Assembly: GCA_039796255.1 (NCBI GenBank)
Contig: JBDKKE010000335.1
Span: 1-32,905, forward strand
Direction: 5' to 3'
From: Verrucomicrobiota bacterium
GTDB taxonomy: Bacteria > Verrucomicrobiota > Verrucomicrobiia > Limisphaerales > UBA9464
DNA length: 32,905 nt
The translations under genes and the position numbers were made by a program. Positions 1 to 8,891 of this stretch are shown piece after piece. The notes beneath the pieces are model-generated. The model was not told where the DNA came from and made no database searches. It saw nothing but the letters and a program-made list of their open reading frames with translations. Numbering within the stretch: position 1 is the first letter of the stretch; every line of letters begins with the position of its first letter.

Positions 1-1
1 G

Positions 2-3000
2 GATGGGGCATCATTCGTGGTCAGCCACTGCACCTTCCCCTCCAGCACCTCTCCCTTCGAGCTGGTTCACGGCACTCAGGGCATCAAGGCAGGTGGCCAG
101 GGCATCATCCGCCACTGCTTCTTCGGCACCACCAGCGGGTACAATGACATCGTGGACTTTACCGGAGGAAACCGCGCCACCCAGCCCATCATTCATTTCC
201 TCAACAACGTGTTCACCGGCGCCACCGATGACATTTTGGATCTCGACAACACCGATGCCTGGATCGAGCACAATGTCTTCCTGCACGTGCACAAGAACGG
301 ATCCCCGGATTCGGCCAGCGCAATCAGTGGCGGGAACGACAACGGACAGCCGTCGCAGATCACCGTCATTGGAAACCTGTTTTACGACTGCGACCAGGCG
401 GTCACCGGCAAGGAGCAGAACTTTTATGTCCTGCTCAACAACACCATCGTCCGCCAAACCCACCAGGGAGGCTTGGACACGGACGGTGCAGTGGTGAACC
501 TGGCCGACGAGGGCAAGGCCGAGGGCTCCGGAATGTATCTGGAGGGAAACATCATTCAGGACGCCGAAAAACTGGTGCGCAATCAGGTCAGCGCCGTGGT
601 GACCCTGAATGACAACCTCACCTCCCTGCCGTGGGACGGTCCAGGAACCGGCAATCGAAACCTGGACCCGCTGCTGAACCATCTGCCGTCCCTGGAGGAG
701 ACCCATTTTGGCACCTGGGAAGAGGCCCAGGCGCTGTGGAATTGGTTCGCCCTTCAATCGGCCTCGCCCGGCGTCGGCAGCGGTCCCGGGGGGCAGGACC
801 TGGGCGGTGTGATTCCCATCGGCGCCGTCGTCACCGGAGTTCCCTCCGGCACCACGCGCGAAGGTACGGCGACGCTGACCGTCGGTCCCCTTCGCGCGGG
901 CGGAACCATTCCCGCAGAGGGATGGCCCCTTGGCTCCGGTTACACCCATTATCGCTGGCGTCTCGATGGGGGTCCGTGGAGCGCCGAAACTCCGGTCAGC
1001 ACCTCCGTCCATCTCGACGCCGTCCCGCCCGGAACTCACACGATCGAGGTGTCCGGACGACGGGACTCCGGATTGTATCAGGATGACCCGCGCTTCGGCG
1101 ATGACGCCCGGATCACCGCGCCGCCCGCCTGGACCGTAGATCCCGCCTTCGCCCCCCCCGTCACGCCATCACTCCGTCTCAATGAAATCCTCGCCCGCAA
1201 TACGATCACCTTCACCAGCGGCGAGACGACTCCGGATTTGGTGGAACTGGTGAACACCGGCGGCGAGGCCTTGGACCTGGGCGGCGTGGGGCTGTCCGAC
1301 GACCCGGCGCTGCCCTATAAATTCCGCTTTCCCACCGGCATTCGGCTGGAGGCTGGGGCGTTTCTCGTCGTGCAGGCGGACAGCGCCATCGCCAACCCCG
1401 GAATCCATCTGGGATTCGCTCTGGGCCAGGACGGGGACTCCCTATTCCTCCATGACGCGCCGGCACGAGGGGGATCCCTGCTCGATTCACTCGGATTCGG
1501 TCACCAGATCAACGACCTCTCGCTGGGGAGGCGGGCGGACGGGACCTGGGGATTGTGCCGCCCGACCCTGGGCGCCCCCAACGAAGCCGTATCCACCGGC
1601 GATCCAGGCGCACTACGCATCAACGAATGGCTGGCGAATGCGCGCTACCTGTCCGCCGACGACTTCATCGAACTGTACAATCCCGATCCCCGTCCGGTGG
1701 CATTGGAGGGGCTTTATCTCTCCGACTCACCGGGCACCCCGGATCGCCACCGCCTGCCGCCGCTGAGTTTTCTCGCCGCCGGCGGATGCCTCGCCCTCAA
1801 GGCCGATGGGGACGACCGGGGACGTCCGGGACACCTCTCCTTCAAGTTGGCGGCCGAGACAGGAACCATTCAGCTGTCCACCGCCAACCTCACCCCGGTG
1901 GACACCATCAACTACGGCCCCCAATCCACCGACATCTCGCAGGGACGGACTCCGAGCGGGTCCGATCGTTTCGCGTTCTTCCGCCAGCCGACTCCTGGCG
2001 CCTTGAATCCCGGGTCCAACGGCGGCGGGTCCACCAACATCACCTGGACGAGTACTCGCCTGCTGGGATTTGACGCCAACTGGCGCTACCTCGCAGGACT
2101 CGCCGATCCCGGTGACTCCTGGCGGAATCCCGAATTCAACGACAGCGGATGGTCCTCAGGTTCCGGCCCGCTCGGCGTGGACCCCAGCACTCCCTTCCCC
2201 TATCCCCTGGCCGTCCGGACGCCGCTTCCGATCACCGCTCCCAACGGGACCCACCTCAAGTCCTACTACTTCCGCACCCACTTTCAGTCGGAAGCACCCG
2301 CCGCCGGGGTCACTCTGTATGTGACCAACTACCTGGATGACGGAGCGGTCTATTATCTCAATGGCTTTCGGATCGGCGCGCTGCGGGTCGCGGACAACCC
2401 TGCCCGCCACGATAGCGACGCCACTCTTCAACCCGACGAGGGCCAGATGGAGATCCTTTCCCTGCCTGCGACCCATCTGGTCTCCGGCGACAACGTCCTC
2501 GCCGTCGAAGTCCATCAATCCGGAAACTCCAGCACGGACGTGATGTTCGGACTCTCCCTGGGAGCAGTGCAGGCCACCACCAACCGACACCCGGACTCAA
2601 CCCGACCGATCGTCCTCAACGAGATCTTCGCCCGCAATCGGACACGACCCACCGCCGGTGGTCGGATCTGCGGTTGGGTCGAACTCTTCAACCCCAACAC
2701 CAACGCGGTGGACCTCGCCGGCCTGGGCCTGAGTGATGATTCCACCTCACCGCGCAAATGGACCTTTGCAGCCGAGTCCCCAATTGCTCCGGGCGGATTT
2801 CGCACCGTCCGGTTCGACAGCTCCAGTCCCGCATCCTCCACCAACACGGGATTCGACCTTCCGCTCCTGGGCGGGAGCGTCTTCCTCTCAGATCGACCCG
2901 CCACGGGCGGGGCCATCCTGGACGCGCTGTATTTTGGGCTGCAGGCGGCGGACTTCAGCATCGGGCGTTTCCCGGATGGCGGCGACGAATGGCTGCTGAC

Positions 3001-3856
3001 GCTTCCGGGCGAAAGTGCCGCAAACCTCCCGGCTGGCCTCGGCTCGCCCACGGTGCTGCATCTCAACGAGTGGATGGCGGATCCGGTGTCCGGCTCCGAC
3101 TGGTTTGAAATCTACAACGCCGACGCCGCCCCGGTATCCCTGCATGGCCTGGCGGTGACCGATGACCTCGGCGCACCGGTCAAGTCCCCCTTCTCTCCGC
3201 TCTCCTTCATCGGCACCGGCCCGTATGGATTCGTGCAGGTTCTGGCCGACAAGAAGCCGGCTTCCGGCGCCAACCACGCCGACTTCAAGCTCGCCAAGGA
3301 GGGTTCGGCACTCGGGCTGTTTGCCCTCTCCGGGCTCGCACTTGATGCCTTGTCCTTTGGTCCGCAGGCCCACGGCGTGTCCGAGGGCCGGCTGCCGGAC
3401 GGTGCGGCAACCGTGATTGTCTTTCCAACCAGTCCGACCCCGGAAGCCCCCAACCGCCTCGGTGGCCAGGCCGGTGACACCGACTCGGATGGAATGCCCG
3501 ACGATTGGGAGAACGCCCACGGTTTGAACCACCTGGTCGACGATTCAGCCCTCGATCCCGACGCGGATGGATTCTCCAACCTGAACGAGTACGGTGCGGG
3601 CACCGATCCCCAGCAGGCATTCAGCAACCTTTCCCTCCACGCGGAGTCCAATCCGGATGGGTCCGTGGAACTTTTCTTCCAGGCCATCCAAGCGCGCAGC
3701 TACTCGGTGCAGTTCCGCGACGACCTCGCCCTCGCCCACTGGCAAACGCTGTCAGCGATACCCAACCAACCCTCCAATGGCACCGCGATCGTGCCTGCGG
3801 GAACCCCGCCCGCGAGCGGCCGGTTCTATCGGGTCATCACCCCGGTGACGCCCTGA
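2..3856 (+). CDS. Large surface/secreted lamin-tail-domain (LTD) repeat protein, 5'-truncated
   Basis: Frame is open from base 2 (DGASFVVSHC...), so the start lies upstream of the window. Four LTD-like repeats (LRLNEILARN..DLVELVN, LRINEWLAN..DFIELYN, IVLNEIFARN..WVELFN, LHLNEWMAD..DWFEIYN), a beta-sandwich insert (WRY..YYFRTHF..DDGAVYYLNG..LAVEVHQ), DxDxDG motifs and C-terminal RFYRVITP. Confidence 0.85.
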   Translation, partial: DGASFVVSHCTFPSSTSPFELVHGTQGIKAGGQGIIRHCFFGTTSGYNDIVDFTGGNRATQPIIHFLNNVFTGATDDILDLDNTDAWIEHNVFLHVHKNGSPDSASAISGGNDNGQPSQITVIGNLFYDCDQAVTGKEQNFYVLLNNTIVRQTHQGGLDTDGAVVNLADEGKAEGSGMYLEGNIIQDAEKLVRNQVSAVVTLNDNLTSLPWDGPGTGNRNLDPLLNHLPSLEETHFGTWEEAQALWNWFALQSASPGVGSGPGGQDLGGVIPIGAVVTGVPSGTTREGTATLTVGPLRAGGTIPAEGWPLGSGYTHYRWRLDGGPWSAETPVSTSVHLDAVPPGTHTIEVSGRRDSGLYQDDPRFGDDARITAPPAWTVDPAFAPPVTPSLRLNEILARNTITFTSGETTPDLVELVNTGGEALDLGGVGLSDDPALPYKFRFPTGIRLEAGAFLVVQADSAIANPGIHLGFALGQDGDSLFLHDAPARGGSLLDSLGFGHQINDLSLGRRADGTWGLCRPTLGAPNEAVSTGDPGALRINEWLANARYLSADDFIELYNPDPRPVALEGLYLSDSPGTPDRHRLPPLSFLAAGGCLALKADGDDRGRPGHLSFKLAAETGTIQLSTANLTPVDTINYGPQSTDISQGRTPSGSDRFAFFRQPTPGALNPGSNGGGSTNITWTSTRLLGFDANWRYLAGLADPGDSWRNPEFNDSGWSSGSGPLGVDPSTPFPYPLAVRTPLPITAPNGTHLKSYYFRTHFQSEAPAAGVTLYVTNYLDDGAVYYLNGFRIGALRVADNPARHDSDATLQPDEGQMEILSLPATHLVSGDNVLAVEVHQSGNSSTDVMFGLSLGAVQATTNRHPDSTRPIVLNEIFARNRTRPTAGGRICGWVELFNPNTNAVDLAGLGLSDDSTSPRKWTFAAESPIAPGGFRTVRFDSSSPASSTNTGFDLPLLGGSVFLSDRPATGGAILDALYFGLQAADFSIGRFPDGGDEWLLTLPGESAANLPAGLGSPTVLHLNEWMADPVSGSDWFEIYNADAAPVSLHGLAVTDDLGAPVKSPFSPLSFIGTGPYGFVQVLADKKPASGANHADFKLAKEGSALGLFALSGLALDALSFGPQAHGVSEGRLPDGAATVIVFPTSPTPEAPNRLGGQAGDTDSDGMPDDWENAHGLNHLVDDSALDPDADGFSNLNEYGAGTDPQQAFSNLSLHAESNPDGSVELFFQAIQARSYSVQFRDDLALAHWQTLSAIPNQPSNGTAIVPAGTPPASGRFYRVITPVTP

Positions 3857-3993
3857 CGGATCCCAACACGATGCGGAGGCATTCTCCCATCCGGATTCCG
3901 TGAAGCCCCCGGCAGGGAATCCCGTAGCCGGTGAGTTTTGTGAGCAAGTATCGATTGAGTTGAAGACCCGGGCCTGACCAGGGTGTGGGCTTC

Positions 3994-4350
3994 ATGGCAC
4001 GTTCAGGGCTGGGTCGGGGATTGGGAAACCTGCTTTCGCAACACGCAGGCCCGGGGACTTCCATGCCCGGGCCGGGGGTAAGCCGCCTAATGCGCCTGAC
4101 CTCCGAGAAAAAATTAGCCCCTGTGGCGGAGGCTCCGACGCCCCTCAACGCCATTGCTTCAGCACCTCTCGCCGGCGCGGCCACCCTTGGGCTGTGGATC
4201 GCCGATTTCTTCCTTTCGGTCACCGCCCTTTGGTTGGGCGGATTCAGCCCCATGGCCGGTCATCCGGACGCCCTATGGCTGGGAGGAATTCTCGTTGGGA
4301 TTGCAGGATTTCTCGGCCTGGTCGCTGCAGGAGTCTTCTGCCGGGGATAA
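3994..4350 (+). CDS. Small predicted two-TM membrane protein with ParB-like N-terminal LGRGL peptide
   Basis: ATG 3994 (alternative GTG 3985) to TAA 4350; MARSGLGRGLGNLLS, Pro/Ala linker, then two hydrophobic segments (LGLWIADFFLSVTALWLGG; LWLGGILVGIAGFLGLVAAGVF). Confidence 0.7.
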   Translation: MARSGLGRGLGNLLSQHAGPGTSMPGPGVSRLMRLTSEKKLAPVAEAPTPLNAIASAPLAGAATLGLWIADFFLSVTALWLGGFSPMAGHPDALWLGGILVGIAGFLGLVAAGVFCRG

Positions 4351-4464
4351 TTAAGCCACGCCCGACCTCTCGCGGATCCACACGAGTTCCGTCTCCCAAC
4401 CATCCCATCCTGAGTTCGACGGGATCAATCCCAAGGCCGCGGTTCACCGGCGCCGGCCCCTGCG

Positions 4465-5484
4465 CTACGACTTTCCCGAATGCTTCTTGGCGTGCTCGTG
4501 GTCAGCGCGGAGCACCAGCTTTTCCGAGCCGCCGCCGTGTTCTTCCAGATCGGTGAAGAGCCCCTCGTCCGTGAGATCAAGCGAATGCGAGTGTTCCCAA
4601 TCATGCCCGGCCACTTTTTCGAGACGTTCCGCCACCTCGTCATCGTGAACCTCGATGGCCAGTTCCCGGCGGTCGTCGAAGCTTCCCGGGGCCAGGTTGA
4701 TGGAACCCACGATGGCGCGCTTGCCGTCCGCCAGGAGCATTTTGCCGTGGAGTTTCAGATGCTTGAGCTTGTGAATCTTGATCCCCACATCGTCCATGAT
4801 GCGCAACCCGCCCACCCCCTCGACGATCTTCTCCCGCTTCAGCGAATGCGGTGGCCGCGCCATGACGTGAATCTTGACGCCACGGGTGGCGGCGCGGACG
4901 AGGCGTTCGATGATGACAGCGTCCTGGTAACGCTCGTTCTGAACGAACAGCGTGTGCTTGGCCTCGTCGATGAACCGTGCGATGCGGTCGCGCCCGTTGA
5001 TCGGACACCAGATCAGGTGCGGACTTTCGCCGGGCTTGAAGTCCTTGCGGTGCCAATCGGCGTCGAAGCAGTCCGCGATCTCGGCCACCTCGTGTTTGTG
5101 GGTGGTGGTAATGGCGTAGTCGCGGGTTTCGGTCAGATTCTTGGTGGCCCAGTTGAGCGACTTGACGAAGGCCACCTCGTGATCCAGCACCATCGATTTC
5201 TCGTGGGTGATGCCGAAGTCGGGATTGCTGTCCTTGATGTCGATGCCCGCGTGGGCAAGCGCCTTGCGGACGTGATCATTGTCATCCTCGCCGCTGCGCC
5301 GGGCCGCATTGAGCATGACCCGCACCTTCACGCCGCGCGCGTGGACGTCGATCACCGCCTTGAGCAGTTGCGGATCCGAAAAGACGAACATCTTGACCCA
5401 AAGTGACTGCTTCGCCGCTTGGATCGCATCGAGGATGGGCTTGGAGGATTCGTCGGGGAGAACAATGAGTGCGCGCTTTGACAT
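4465..5484 (-). CDS. Phospholipase D family protein (two HKD motifs)
   Basis: HEKSMVLD and HGKMLLAD...GSIN fit HxKxxxxD; no evident signal peptide or TM segment. Confidence 0.88.
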   Translation of the reverse strand: MSKRALIVLPDESSKPILDAIQAAKQSLWVKMFVFSDPQLLKAVIDVHARGVKVRVMLNAARRSGEDDNDHVRKALAHAGIDIKDSNPDFGITHEKSMVLDHEVAFVKSLNWATKNLTETRDYAITTTHKHEVAEIADCFDADWHRKDFKPGESPHLIWCPINGRDRIARFIDEAKHTLFVQNERYQDAVIIERLVRAATRGVKIHVMARPPHSLKREKIVEGVGGLRIMDDVGIKIHKLKHLKLHGKMLLADGKRAIVGSINLAPGSFDDRRELAIEVHDDEVAERLEKVAGHDWEHSHSLDLTDEGLFTDLEEHGGGSEKLVLRADHEHAKKHSGKS

Positions 5485-5614
5485 GCCGGTAGCGGAAGAA
5501 GGTTAGGGAGACCCGGCCGCGTTGACGAGTCGAACCTGAAGGCGTGTCGAGGGCTGAAGGCCCAGCGGCAACGGAATCAAATCGCGATTGAGCGGGGTTT
5601 GGCGGAGTCCAATT

Positions 5615-6271
5615 CTAGAACTTGTGACCCAAATCCTGGATCCCCTCGCCAATTCCCTTAAACCAGGAGTCCACCTGATCCGCAGCCGTCTTCACCCCTT
5701 CCCCGGTCGCCTGACCAGCCTTCTTAAGCCCCTCGCCCGTTGCCTGGCCGGCCTTCTTGATTCCGTCCACCGATGCCTGGGCCCCAGCCTTGAGCTGGGT
5801 TCCGGACCATTGGGCAGCGCCCGCGAGACTGGCCCCCGCTTTGGCGAGATCTGCGCCGGCGTCCTTACCGGACTTTCGGGACTCCTCCGCCGTCTGATGC
5901 CAGCAGGTGGCAATCTGGTGATCGACCTTGGCAAAGGTCTTCTCCAGTTCCGCGGAGGATTTCACCGACCCGTTCTTCACGCCGTCCCCCAACTTGTCCA
6001 ACTCGTCGCCGGCCTTCTTCATCCCCTTCTTGGAACCCGCCGCCACCTTCTCCGACTCCGCCTTCACGTCCGCCGCCGCCCGGTGCAGGTGTTCCGCAGC
6101 CTGGTTCATGTCCTTCTTCACGAACGATTCGTGCGCCGCCGCCAGCGTTTTGTCCGGCTCGGTGGCGAAGTCACCGGGGGACTTCTGGGCCTGAGCGGCC
6201 CCGAGGGTGATGATGAACGCGGTGAGGAATAGTCCGTGGATCGTCTGCAACGTCTGGCGAGCTCGTTTCAT
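5615..6271 (-). CDS. Hypothetical secreted Ala/Lys-rich helical protein (218 aa)
   Basis: Start reassigned to ATG 6271 because the longer ORF overlaps the sulfatase; signal-like MKRARQ..GLFLTAFIITLGAAQA; internal KKAGQATGEG x2. Confidence 0.75.
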   Translation of the reverse strand: MKRARQTLQTIHGLFLTAFIITLGAAQAQKSPGDFATEPDKTLAAAHESFVKKDMNQAAEHLHRAAADVKAESEKVAAGSKKGMKKAGDELDKLGDGVKNGSVKSSAELEKTFAKVDHQIATCWHQTAEESRKSGKDAGADLAKAGASLAGAAQWSGTQLKAGAQASVDGIKKAGQATGEGLKKAGQATGEGVKTAADQVDSWFKGIGEGIQDLGHKF

Positions 6272-6314
6272 GATTTGTGTGAGTTGTATTTCGTTCTTCA
6301 ATATTCGGCGCTGA

Positions 6315-8717
6315 TCACTCCGCCACGACACCGCGGCCCCGGATCTCATCGAACTCGCGTTGCTCGGCGGCGGACAGCTTCTCCTCGCCCAGGCGAATCG
6401 CGACTTTGCTGATGGTGCCGGTGAACTTGAACGGCGTCCGGTAATCCTCGCTGACGGGCGTGCCGGTGTCTTCACCGCAATCGAGTGTTTCGTCCAGCGA
6501 CATGCGGAACGGCAGGGTGCGCGCGATCCTGCCTTCGCCTGCGGGCTTGCCGTCCACCAGCAGGGTCGCCGTGCCCCCCTTGCCGAGACCGGCGCCGTCG
6601 GACTTGAAATTGAGTTCAACCGTATGCTTGCCCGCTGGGAGCGTGTCCCGGCCCGTGACCAGGTAACGGTCAACGCCGGCGAGGTTGTAGCAAAACACGA
6701 GCTTGCTCCCGAGCACGTACAGGCCCCAACCCGAGAAGCGCCCACCCTGCGTAACCAGCATGCCATCGGCGCCGTCCGCGGGAATTTCCACGCCGGCCGC
6801 AATTCTGAACGACTTGTTCTTCACGTCCGGAGCCGCGCCTTCGGGGATGCGGACCTGGCCTGGAAAATAGGTGAACACGGAACGGCCGCGGGTGAGGCTG
6901 GGGCGGTTGGCAGTGTCGAGCCGCTCCACCTTGCTGTTGTCCAGCGGCAGCACGCCGTATTTGGCGGCCTCCACCCAGAAGAGATCCTGCAATTCGCGCA
7001 GCTTGGACGGCTCTTTTGCCGCCAGGTTATCGGCTTCGCTGAAGTCGTCGGTCACCCGGTAAAGTTCCCACTGGTAATCCAGCACCTTGACGTTGCCACC
7101 CGAGGAGGACCAGGGCGGCGTGGGAGGGGTGGTGGCGGCCACCCAGCCATCGTGGTAGATGGCGCGGTTACCGAGCATTTCAAAATACTGAGTGGTCCGG
7201 CGCGATGGGGCCTTCGCGTCGTCGAACGCATAAACCATGCTCACCCCTTCGACTGCCTTCTGCGGCACGCCGTTGAGCACGGCCGGCGACGACAGGCCGG
7301 CGGCTTCGAGAACGGTGGGATAGATATCAATGACATGGTGAAACTGACTGCGGATGCCGCCCACGTCCTTGATGCGGGCCGGCCAGGAAATGACCATGCC
7401 GTTGCGCGTGCCTCCGAAATGCGAGGCCACCTGCTTGGTCCACTGGAACGGCGTGTCCATGGCGTGCGCCCAGCCGATCGGATAGTGGTTGAAGGTGTTG
7501 GGTCCGCCGAGTTCATCCATGCGGCGCTCCACTTCCTTGAAGTCTTCGGGGATGGCGTTAAAAAAGGTCATTTCGTTGAGCAAGCCCGCCGGCCCGCCCT
7601 CGGCGCTGGCGCCGTTGTCGCCCTGGATGTAGATGACCAGCGTGTTGTCCAGTTCGCCGAGGTCCTGGATCGCATCCAGGACGCGGCCCATTTCGTGATC
7701 GGCGTGCGACAGCGCGGCGGCATAGACCTCCATCATGCGGGCGGCGACTTTCCTGTGGGCGGCATCCAGCGAATCCCACGCCGGAATGCCCGGTGCGCGT
7801 TCGGTCAGTTTCGTATCTGCCGGCACGACGCCCAGTGCCTTCTGACGGACGAGGGTCTCCTCGCGGACCTTGTCCCAACCCTGATCAAACTGGCCCTTGA
7901 ACTTCGCGATCCAGTCCGGCGGCGCATGATGCGGCGCGTGCGCCGTTCCGGTGGCGTAGTATTGCAGCCACGGCTTCTGCGGGGCGACCGAATGCAGCAT
8001 GCGGATGCGGTCAATGCAGTGATCGGCCATGTCGTTGTCGAAGAAATAGTTCTTCGCGTCATGCGGCGGCTCGATGGGCTTGATGTTCTCCACGATGGCG
8101 GGATTCCACTGGCTCGTGTCGCCGCCGATGAAGCCGTAGAAATACTCGAAGCCCAGCCCGGTCGGCCACAGGTCAAACGGCCCGGCCTGGCTGCCGTGCC
8201 AGTCGGGGACGTTGTGGTTCTTGCCATACCAGGCCGTGTTGTAGCCGCTCTGCTTCAGGACTTCGGCAAACGTCCCGCAGCTTTTCGACATGAGCGTGTT
8301 GTAACCCGGGAAACCCGTGCCGGCCTCCATGATAACGCCGGTGTTGGCGCTATGATGGTTGCGGCCGGAGAGCAGCGCCGCGCGCGTCGGCGAGCAGAGC
8401 GCCGTGGTGTGGAAGTTGTTAAACCGCAAACCGGCTTTCGCCAGCCGATCCATCGTCGCGGTGGGGATCGGCCCGCCGAAGGTGCTGGAGGCGCCGAAGC
8501 CCACGTCGTCGGTGAGGATGACCAGGATGTTGGGCGCGCCTTTCGGGGCTGTGACCTCCCTGGGGAAATCTTTGACGGAATCCTGGGCCGTGAGCCCGAT
8601 GCGGCCGCTGAAGGGTGGTTCAGGCCGGGGCAGGACTTCCTGTCCCCGGACTGGCGGCGCGAATGGCGCAGCCAACGCGAGGCCGAGGGTGGCAAGAAGA
8701 AGGAAGCGGTCGCTCAT
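6315..8717 (-). CDS. Arylsulfatase (Cys-type) with C-terminal beta-sandwich extension
   Basis: PNILVILTDDVG, TTALCSPTRAALLSGR (CxPxR), YGKNH, GDNG; signal peptide from ATG 8717. Confidence 0.92.
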   Translation of the reverse strand: MSDRFLLLATLGLALAAPFAPPVRGQEVLPRPEPPFSGRIGLTAQDSVKDFPREVTAPKGAPNILVILTDDVGFGASSTFGGPIPTATMDRLAKAGLRFNNFHTTALCSPTRAALLSGRNHHSANTGVIMEAGTGFPGYNTLMSKSCGTFAEVLKQSGYNTAWYGKNHNVPDWHGSQAGPFDLWPTGLGFEYFYGFIGGDTSQWNPAIVENIKPIEPPHDAKNYFFDNDMADHCIDRIRMLHSVAPQKPWLQYYATGTAHAPHHAPPDWIAKFKGQFDQGWDKVREETLVRQKALGVVPADTKLTERAPGIPAWDSLDAAHRKVAARMMEVYAAALSHADHEMGRVLDAIQDLGELDNTLVIYIQGDNGASAEGGPAGLLNEMTFFNAIPEDFKEVERRMDELGGPNTFNHYPIGWAHAMDTPFQWTKQVASHFGGTRNGMVISWPARIKDVGGIRSQFHHVIDIYPTVLEAAGLSSPAVLNGVPQKAVEGVSMVYAFDDAKAPSRRTTQYFEMLGNRAIYHDGWVAATTPPTPPWSSSGGNVKVLDYQWELYRVTDDFSEADNLAAKEPSKLRELQDLFWVEAAKYGVLPLDNSKVERLDTANRPSLTRGRSVFTYFPGQVRIPEGAAPDVKNKSFRIAAGVEIPADGADGMLVTQGGRFSGWGLYVLGSKLVFCYNLAGVDRYLVTGRDTLPAGKHTVELNFKSDGAGLGKGGTATLLVDGKPAGEGRIARTLPFRMSLDETLDCGEDTGTPVSEDYRTPFKFTGTISKVAIRLGEEKLSAAEQREFDEIRGRGVVAE

Positions 8718-8891
8718 GGTCGGGTTCAATGGGTCTTGCGAAAAAGCGTTGGGTTCGCTGTTGAAGTCGCGGGCCGCTCCACATCGCCATGCGCCCTGGG
8801 AGACGGCCCGCGTGTTTCACGAGCGAACTCCTCGCTGCATGGCGCGGGGAGGTTTCATAATTTGGCTTCGCTGCGGGATGAAGGGGTGGGG

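Noticed and set aside
4465-5484. PLD as an anti-phage nuclease
   Set aside because: No helicase, methylase or other defence genes adjacent; the two-HKD architecture is equally compatible with lipid metabolism.
6272-6802. N-terminal extension of the 395-aa ORF
   Set aside because: Overlaps the sulfatase 3' end in another frame; a signal peptide begins at ATG 6271.
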